Shown: positions 57,760 through 64,000 of the stretch, one piece after another | Layout of the letters: every line of letters begins with the position of its first letter | Numbering within the stretch: the first letter of the stretch is position 1 | NCBI GenBank assembly: GCA_965200965.1 | Contig: OZ241744.1 | Span: 544,001 to 608,000, forward strand | DNA length: 64,000 bases | Reading direction: 5' to 3' | From: an uncultured Candidatus Binatia bacterium | GTDB lineage: Bacteria; Desulfobacterota; Binatia; Bin18 | Translations under genes and position numbers: made by a program | The notes under the pieces: model-generated | The model's database searches: none | What the model was told of the DNA's origin: nothing | Seen by the model: the letters and a program-made list of their open reading frames with translations, nothing else

Positions 57760-57883
57760 GGGTCTGCTTCCTTTCCGCTCTTCATGGCTCGGCCGCTCCT
57801 CCGAAACCCGGCAAGAGCCTGTTCCGTGGCTCTCCCAACCGGGGATTCTTCCCCTCTGGCCTTCGCTTCCGCCTTCGCAGTCG

Positions 57884-58378
57884 CTAGGGCATGGCCGGCG
57901 GTGTGTCGGCTGCTGCCTCTGAGGAAGCCGAGGGCGGGGCAGCAGGGCTTATGTCCGCTACGCTGGATTCGGCGCTCGGGGCGGTAGAGGCCGGTGCTTC
58001 AGGTCCGGCGGTGGCTGTTTCAGACCGGTCTGTTGGGCTGTGAGCGCTGAGGTCTGGAGCGGCTTCTGCGTCCGGGGTGGCGGCTGGCAGTTCTTCCTGA
58101 ACGGCCGGACTCTCGGTCGAAACGGCGTCAAACAGGCTTTCGGTTGTCCGGCGGGTCGCTCCGTAGGACAGGAAGAGGGAGGTGAGCATGAACAGGACGG
58201 CGATGCCGGTGGTGGTTTTGGTCAGAAAATTGCCGGCCCCCGAGCTGCCAAAGATCGTTTGGCTGGAGCCGCCAAAGACAGCCCCCACATCAGAGCCTTT
58301 GCCGGTCTGGAGCAGGACGACAAGAACCAGAAAAAAGCAGGCCAGAATATGAATGATACTCACAAACATATAAGACAT
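57884..58378 (-). CDS. secG: Preprotein translocase subunit SecG with long Ala/Pro/Ser tail
   Basis: VVLLQTGKGSDVGAVFGGSSQTIFGSSGAGNFLTKTT. Confidence 0.93.
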   Translation of the reverse strand: MSYMFVSIIHILACFFLVLVVLLQTGKGSDVGAVFGGSSQTIFGSSGAGNFLTKTTTGIAVLFMLTSLFLSYGATRRTTESLFDAVSTESPAVQEELPAATPDAEAAPDLSAHSPTDRSETATAGPEAPASTAPSAESSVADISPAAPPSASSEAAADTPPAMP

Positions 58379-58388
58379 GGCGCGGATT

Positions 58389-59153
58389 CTAGCGGAAGTT
58401 GACGATACGGGCAAAGGAGTCGGCCTGGAGACTGGCTCCGCCGACCAAGGCCCCGTCTATATCTGTTTGGGCCATGAGATCGTCTATATTGTCCGGCTTG
58501 ACACTGCCGCCGTATAGCAGGCGGATTGCCTCGGCTGTGGCCCGGTCGGCCAAGCTGCTCAGGGTGGCGCGTATGGAGGCGTGGACTTCCTGGGCTTGGT
58601 CCGGCGTAGCGGTGCGTCCGGTCCCAATCGCCCAGAGCGGTTCGTAGGCAATGACAATGTCGGCCAGGGTCGCGGGGGTCTGGTTGTGGAGGGCCGCCCG
58701 GACTTGGCGGCCGATGACCTCCAAGGTCGCTCCGCTTTCACGTTTTTCGAGGGACTCACCCACACATACGATTGGCACGAGTCCGTCCCGCTGGGCTGCC
58801 CGGACCTTGCGGGCCACGCTCTCGTCGGTCTCGGCGAAGTATTGACGCCGCTCAGAATGTCCAAGAATGACATGGGCACAGCCGGCTTCTCTGAGCATGG
58901 GGCCTGAAACCTCGCCGGTGAACGCCCCGCGCGCCTCCCAGTGGAGATTCTGGGCGGCTAAACGGATGGGCGTGTCGGCCAGCAGGCGGGCTGCGGTCTC
59001 CAGGACGGTAAATGGCGGGGCCACTACAATTTCCCGTTCGGCAGGGTCAATGTCGCCAAGCACGGTGGCGAGGGCTGATAGCAGACGCTCGGTCTCGGCC
59101 CTGGTGCCGTGCATTTTCCAGTTGCCGGCGAGAATTGGACGGCGGCTGGCCAT
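58389..59153 (-). CDS. tpiA: Triosephosphate isomerase
   Basis: AGNWKM, GAFTGE, GHSERR, AYEPLWAIGTG, LYGGSVK, LVGGASL. Confidence 0.97.
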   Translation of the reverse strand: MASRRPILAGNWKMHGTRAETERLLSALATVLGDIDPAEREIVVAPPFTVLETAARLLADTPIRLAAQNLHWEARGAFTGEVSGPMLREAGCAHVILGHSERRQYFAETDESVARKVRAAQRDGLVPIVCVGESLEKRESGATLEVIGRQVRAALHNQTPATLADIVIAYEPLWAIGTGRTATPDQAQEVHASIRATLSSLADRATAEAIRLLYGGSVKPDNIDDLMAQTDIDGALVGGASLQADSFARIVNFR

Positions 59154-59156
59154 AGG

Positions 59157-60164
59157 CTAACTCAGGCTTTCTCCGATGTAGAGTGAGACGTCTCGCATCC
59201 GGTTGGAAAAGCCCCACTCGTTGTCATACCAGGACAGGACTTTGACAAAAGTATCGTCCATCACCTTGGTCAGGGCGGCGTCAAAAATAGAGGAGTGAGG
59301 ATTACCGTTAAAATCAACCGAAACCAGTTCCTCCTGGCAGTACTGGAGGACGCCTTTGAGCGGACCTTCAGCCGCGGCCTGCATGGCCTGATTGACTTCT
59401 TGAGCGGTGGCCGTCCGGTCGAGTTCGGCGACGAGGTCAACAACCGACACATTCGCCGTTGGGACCCGAACGGCCATGCCGTCAAGCCTGCCCTTGAGCT
59501 CGGGCAGGACTTCGCCCACCGCGCGGGCAGCCCCGGTTGAGGTCGGGATCATGGACTGGGCGGCCGCACGCGCACGCCGGATATCGGAGTGGGGCAGGTC
59601 GAGAATGCGCTGGTCGTTGGTGTAGGCGTGGACAGTCGTCATCAGCCCCCGTCTGACGCCAAACGTTTCGTGCAGGACCTTGGCGACCGGTGAGAGACAA
59701 TTGGTGGTACACGACGCGTTGGAAATAATATGGTGCGCGGCCGGGTTGTAGCTGATATGATTCACCCCGTAACACAGGGTTAAATCCGCCCCTTTGGCCG
59801 GGGCCGAAATAATCACTTTTCTTGCCCCGGCGGACAGATGCAAGGCGGCCTTGTCCCGGTCGGTAAACAGGCCGGTGCATTCGAGGGCCACATCAATTCC
59901 GAGCGCCTTCCAGGGCAAGTTGCCCGGATTGCGTTCCTGGATGACCTGAATGCGTTTGCCGTTGACAATCAAGGCGTCTTGTTCGGCCTCAATATCGGCG
60001 TTGAGACGACCGTGGACCGAGTCGTAGCGCAATAAATGGGCGAGTGTCGCGGCGTCGGTAATGTCGTTGATAGCCACAAATTCGAGCTCGGGCTCGTTGA
60101 TGCTGGCCCGAAACAGGTTCCGTCCGATCCGTCCAAAACCGTTCAATCCTATGCGTACAGCCAT
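59157..60164 (-). CDS. gap: Glyceraldehyde-3-phosphate dehydrogenase, type I
   Basis: NGFGRIGR, SNASCTTNCL, WYDNEWG. Confidence 0.97.
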   Translation of the reverse strand: MAVRIGLNGFGRIGRNLFRASINEPELEFVAINDITDAATLAHLLRYDSVHGRLNADIEAEQDALIVNGKRIQVIQERNPGNLPWKALGIDVALECTGLFTDRDKAALHLSAGARKVIISAPAKGADLTLCYGVNHISYNPAAHHIISNASCTTNCLSPVAKVLHETFGVRRGLMTTVHAYTNDQRILDLPHSDIRRARAAAQSMIPTSTGAARAVGEVLPELKGRLDGMAVRVPTANVSVVDLVAELDRTATAQEVNQAMQAAAEGPLKGVLQYCQEELVSVDFNGNPHSSIFDAALTKVMDDTFVKVLSWYDNEWGFSNRMRDVSLYIGESLS

Positions 60165-60396
60165 ATTCTCTCACCTCTGGCAGGATCGCTCCTCCATTTT
60201 CTTGCCATCTCTACCCTAAGCGGGAAAATCAGTCAAGGGAAGGCGCTGCGGTGACGCCCCGCACAAACTGGCGGGAATAGCGTGAGGGTAGTGTCTGGGA
60301 TAAAATAGACCTTCCACTGCGTGAGGGATCGCTCAGAGCCACGGGCATCGGTGGAGCGGGGTCGGGCGGCTCCCTGATGGGGAGGTGGGGAACAGG

Positions 60397-61137
60397 ATGG
60401 AAGATTCGCTTTTGGGTTCGGCCGCTCAGCACACACTGTCCCAGCCGAATATCCTCGAAATGATCACCGGCTCCGGCCCGGTTGTTCAAGCCGTACTCTA
60501 CCTGTTGGTGCTGTTTTCTATTACCAGTTGGGCGATCGTGTTTTTCAAATTTCGCCAACTACGCCGAACCCGACGCGAGTCTGAGCAGTTTACGGTGGTA
60601 TTTTGGGAGACAAAAAATCTGTCTTCCATCCACACTGTCAGCCTGGAGATGAAAGACAGCTCAACCGCCCAGATCTTTCGGGCCGGTTATCAGGAGTTGA
60701 TGCGGATCACCCGTGCTCAGAAGCGTCCCCAAGACCCCGCCCATAAGCCGGATTCATTTGAAGACATTGACGAGGGCGGTGTCGAGAACGTTGAGCGGGC
60801 GATGCGCCGGGCCGCCCGAGAACAGCTGACCCGGCTGGAGAGCGGCTTGACCTTTTTGGCCACTACCGCCAGCACCGCCCCTTTCATCGGTCTGTTTGGA
60901 ACCGTCTGGGGGATTATGAACGCTTTCCTGGGCCTGAGTGCGACCACCACCTCAACTATCCAGGCGGTCGCGCCGGGCATTGCCGAGGCCCTGATTGCTA
61001 CGGCCATCGGCTTGGCCGCAGCGATTCCGTCGGTCGTGGCCTATAATCACTTCAGCCGTCAGGTTCGGCTGGCGTCTTTGGGGATGGAGAACTTCTTGGC
61101 CGAGTTTCTGAATATTGCCGAGCGGCATTTTCTGTAG
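60397..61137 (+). CDS. tolQ: TolQ
   Basis: LATTASTAPFIGLFGTVWGIM, VAPGIAEALIATAIGL. Confidence 0.92.
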   Translation: MEDSLLGSAAQHTLSQPNILEMITGSGPVVQAVLYLLVLFSITSWAIVFFKFRQLRRTRRESEQFTVVFWETKNLSSIHTVSLEMKDSSTAQIFRAGYQELMRITRAQKRPQDPAHKPDSFEDIDEGGVENVERAMRRAAREQLTRLESGLTFLATTASTAPFIGLFGTVWGIMNAFLGLSATTTSTIQAVAPGIAEALIATAIGLAAAIPSVVAYNHFSRQVRLASLGMENFLAEFLNIAERHFL

Positions 61138-61175
61138 CCCGGTGAAGCTCGGTCCCCCACGCGAGGAGGGAGACC

Positions 61176-61625
61176 ATGGCATTTGATGAGTCAGGCGATA
61201 GCAGTCTATCGCAGATTAATGTGACTCCTCTGGTTGATGTGATGTTAGTGCTGCTGGTCATCTTTATGGTCACCGCGCCGATACTCCGGCAGGGCCTTGG
61301 CGTTGATTTGCCCCAGGTGGAGGCCGGCGCGATGGCCAGCCAGGAGGATCAGCTGGTGGTGTCTGTCAGCCGAGAAGGCAGGGTGTATCTGAACGCGGCC
61401 CGGCTTGAGTTGGACGCCTTACAAACTACCCTGGCGACAATCGTCCAGACCCGTCCAGATCGGATGGTGTATCTGCACGCCGATAAAAACGTTATATATG
61501 GCACAGTCATGGAAGTCATGGCCGCGGTGCGGCAGGCCGGGGTTGTCAGGCTGGGCATGGTGACCGAACCCCCAGCGACAGACACGGCGCGGGCAGAACA
61601 ACCCCAGGAGACACCGGAGGAGTGA
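61176..61625 (+). CDS. tolR: TolR
   Basis: INVTPLVDVMLVLLVIFMVTAP, ADKNVIYGTVMEVM. Confidence 0.92.
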   Translation: MAFDESGDSSLSQINVTPLVDVMLVLLVIFMVTAPILRQGLGVDLPQVEAGAMASQEDQLVVSVSREGRVYLNAARLELDALQTTLATIVQTRPDRMVYLHADKNVIYGTVMEVMAAVRQAGVVRLGMVTEPPATDTARAEQPQETPEE

Positions 61626-61658
61626 GCGCACTTCGCTTCTCGTCAATACGCTCAGATT

Positions 61659-62591
61659 ATGACCTACCAGCTTCGACGAAAAGAACGGCCCGCCCGAGCC
61701 ACTGCCGGCTTCGGGCGTATGCTCGTTCTGTCTGCGGCCTTGCACGCTGGGGCTATTGTCGGCCTAGTCACGGCCGGGGTCAGCAGCTTGGCCCGGCCGA
61801 TGCCGCCGGCTGCCTATAGGGTTTCCCTGGTTGCCCCGTCTGCGCTCGTTCCGTCCCGAGGTGGCCGGCCGGCCTCGGCCCCTGTGCCGCCCAGCCGGCC
61901 CCAAGATCTGTCATCGGAGTTGCCACCGGCGCAAACCATGACGAAGCTGCAAGCGCCACAGCCGGCGGCAAAAAAACCAGCCCAGCCCGTGCCGGAAAAA
62001 GAACGGGTGAAGCTGCCCGACACAAGGCCGAAACCCCGGAAAAAAGTCGCTAGCAAGAAGCCCAAGAAAACGCCACATCAACCCAAACAGCGCACCAAAA
62101 AATTACTAAAGAAACAGGTCGCCAAGACGGCCCGGTCGCCGAAAAAGCCGGCCGCCAAAGCGGCCAAGCCGCGGCCCGCAATATCTGCCCAGGAGCGCGA
62201 TGCACGACACTTGGCCGAAGCCCTCAAGCGTGTGCGCCAGAATGTGAAACCGGCCAGACGCCCCTCTCCACAGGCCAGCGGTTCCGGGGCTGGAGGCGGA
62301 AACGGCAGTCGGGCGATGAGCTTTGTCATGTATACTGCCCAGGTTCAACAACGGGTCAGAGACAGCTGGATTGTGACCCGTAAACAGGCCGGCCTGACGG
62401 CCGTGGTCCAGTTTGGCATCAGACCCAACGGTGAAATTATCGAGATTCAGCTGGCGCGCTCATCCGGCAATGTGGCTTTCGATCAGTCCGCGCTCCGCGC
62501 CGTGCATTACGCCAACCCGCTTCCCCCGCCGCCCCTGGACCATATGCGTGCATTTCTCTCCCAGAAGGTCACAGTCGCTTTTGGCGAATGA
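61659..62591 (+). CDS. tolA: TolA / TonB-family energy transducer
   Basis: SAALH TM motif, Pro/Lys-rich linker, SSGNVAFDQSALRAV C-domain. Lies between tolR and tolB. Confidence 0.82.
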   Translation: MTYQLRRKERPARATAGFGRMLVLSAALHAGAIVGLVTAGVSSLARPMPPAAYRVSLVAPSALVPSRGGRPASAPVPPSRPQDLSSELPPAQTMTKLQAPQPAAKKPAQPVPEKERVKLPDTRPKPRKKVASKKPKKTPHQPKQRTKKLLKKQVAKTARSPKKPAAKAAKPRPAISAQERDARHLAEALKRVRQNVKPARRPSPQASGSGAGGGNGSRAMSFVMYTAQVQQRVRDSWIVTRKQAGLTAVVQFGIRPNGEIIEIQLARSSGNVAFDQSALRAVHYANPLPPPPLDHMRAFLSQKVTVAFGE

Positions 62592-62621
62592 GCAATGGGG
62601 GGAAGGAGGGGAGCGCGGGAT

Positions 62622-63953
62622 ATGAGCAACTGGTTGGGCAATAGGCGACGCGTGGCTCGGGTGAGACTGTCAGGGTTGGCGCGAAGCTGCCGACTGGGGG
62701 CGCTGGTCCTGGCTCTCGCGCTCGGAGTATATCGCCCGGCACGGGCCCAAATCGAAATTAAAGTGCCTGAACCGGGCGGGGCGGTGCTGCCCATTGCGCT
62801 CTCGCCACTGGCGCACCAATCTGCGGGTGCCGACCAGGGTCTGGGGGTGAGGTTCTCCGATATTGTCGCTCGTGACCTTGACCTGTCCGGCCTCTTCCGT
62901 GTCATTGACCGCGGGGCATACCTTGAGGGGCCGGACGCAGCGGTGGAGGCTGAGATCAATTTTGGCCGCTGGTCGGTGCTGGGCGCGCTGGCCCTGATCA
63001 AGGGCAGGGTGTGGGTCGAAGGAGACCGTCTGACTGTTGAGGCGCGCCTGTTTGATGTCGCCCAGCGTCGCTATCTAGGCGGCAAACGTTATCGCGGTCA
63101 ACGGAAAGACCTGCCTGGCATGGCACACCGTTTTGCCGACCACGTCATGCTGCTCCTGACCGGAGAGGAAGGGCCGTTTAATTCCAGGATAGCGTTTATC
63201 TCCAACCGGGCCGGCGGACGGGCCAAAGAGGTCTATGTCACCGACTTGACCGGGAACAAGGTCGAACGGGTGACCCACGCCAGGACCCTCATCCTGGGGC
63301 CGAACTGGAATCCCGGGGCAACCGAGTTGTTTTATATTTCGTACAAACGCGGCGGTCCCTATCCGTTCCGCTTTGAATTGCGCAGCGGCCAGGAGTGGCA
63401 GCTGTCGAAAACCGTTGGGTACAGCGGCCAATGGTCGCCCGACGGCCAGACGATCGCTGTCAGCGCCGAGAGAGATGGCAATACTGACCTTTTTCTGCTG
63501 TCCTCCCAGGGACGTGTGATCCGTCGCTTGACGACCAACGCCGGCATTGATGTCTCGCCGGCTTGGTCACCGGACGGGCGTTGGCTAGCGTTTTGTTCAA
63601 GTCGGAGCGGCAGGCCGCAGATCTATGTGCTAGACCTCGATTCAGGAAATATCCGCCGGCTGACCTTTTCGGGCGGTTCCAATACCTCGCCGGCTTGGTC
63701 GCCCAAAGGCAGACATATCGCCTACACGAGCGAATCCCGCGGACTGGGCATCAAAACCGTTGATGTCCAGTCCGGCCAAGTGTGGACCGTTACCGTTGGA
63801 GAGGACCCCTCCTGGTCGCCGGATGGGCGCTATCTGGTGCTGAGCGCGGGGGGCCGGCTGTGGATTGCCAGTCGGGATGGGCGCAGCGTCAAACAATTGA
63901 CGCGTGGGGAGGGAGATGATACTAGTCCGGCATGGTCAGCCCGTCTGCCATAG
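62622..63953 (+). CDS. tolB: TolB
   Basis: RDLDLSGLF, AHRFAD, repeated SPAWSPDG PD40 propeller blades. Start uncertain. Confidence 0.92.
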   Translation: MSNWLGNRRRVARVRLSGLARSCRLGALVLALALGVYRPARAQIEIKVPEPGGAVLPIALSPLAHQSAGADQGLGVRFSDIVARDLDLSGLFRVIDRGAYLEGPDAAVEAEINFGRWSVLGALALIKGRVWVEGDRLTVEARLFDVAQRRYLGGKRYRGQRKDLPGMAHRFADHVMLLLTGEEGPFNSRIAFISNRAGGRAKEVYVTDLTGNKVERVTHARTLILGPNWNPGATELFYISYKRGGPYPFRFELRSGQEWQLSKTVGYSGQWSPDGQTIAVSAERDGNTDLFLLSSQGRVIRRLTTNAGIDVSPAWSPDGRWLAFCSSRSGRPQIYVLDLDSGNIRRLTFSGGSNTSPAWSPKGRHIAYTSESRGLGIKTVDVQSGQVWTVTVGEDPSWSPDGRYLVLSAGGRLWIASRDGRSVKQLTRGEGDDTSPAWSARLP

Positions 63954-64000
63954 GTGGGCCAGATCACTGACATCAGACAACAGACGATAAGGACCGGGCA

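Overview
High-GC bacterial chromosomal window. It holds about 60 intact protein genes, two tRNAs (Phe-GAA, Leu-GAG) and about ten decayed genes. The backbone includes hslR, ltaE, lon, galU, three M16 peptidases, mutM, a DegP/DegQ protease, gshB-rsmE-prmA, secG-tpiA-gap (no pgk) and tolQRAB. It is interleaved with a catabolic repertoire: five CaiB/BaiF CoA-transferases, an LLM oxidoreductase, amidohydrolases, VOC proteins, an EthA-type Baeyer-Villiger monooxygenase, hydantoinase B, and an outer-membrane barrel plus LolA-like protein pair. This gene content suggests a Binatia (Desulfobacterota_B)-like organism, possibly a sponge symbiont (inference only). Several small, more AT-rich inserts carry an orphan DNA methyltransferase, a DUF262 + HEPN two-gene defence-like module whose HEPN gene has an in-frame amber stop, a lipoprotein cassette that replaced a VOC gene, and two pseudogenes between secG and tRNA-Leu. 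Other notable items are an exact 40-bp palindromic direct repeat around a 34-bp spacer, a two-gene secreted metalloprotease module, a frameshifted SVSGG-repeat surface protein and a FadR-box-like operator upstream of a TetR gene. I recognised no transposase, integrase, cas gene or rRNA. All family calls are from motif recognition; no searches were run.
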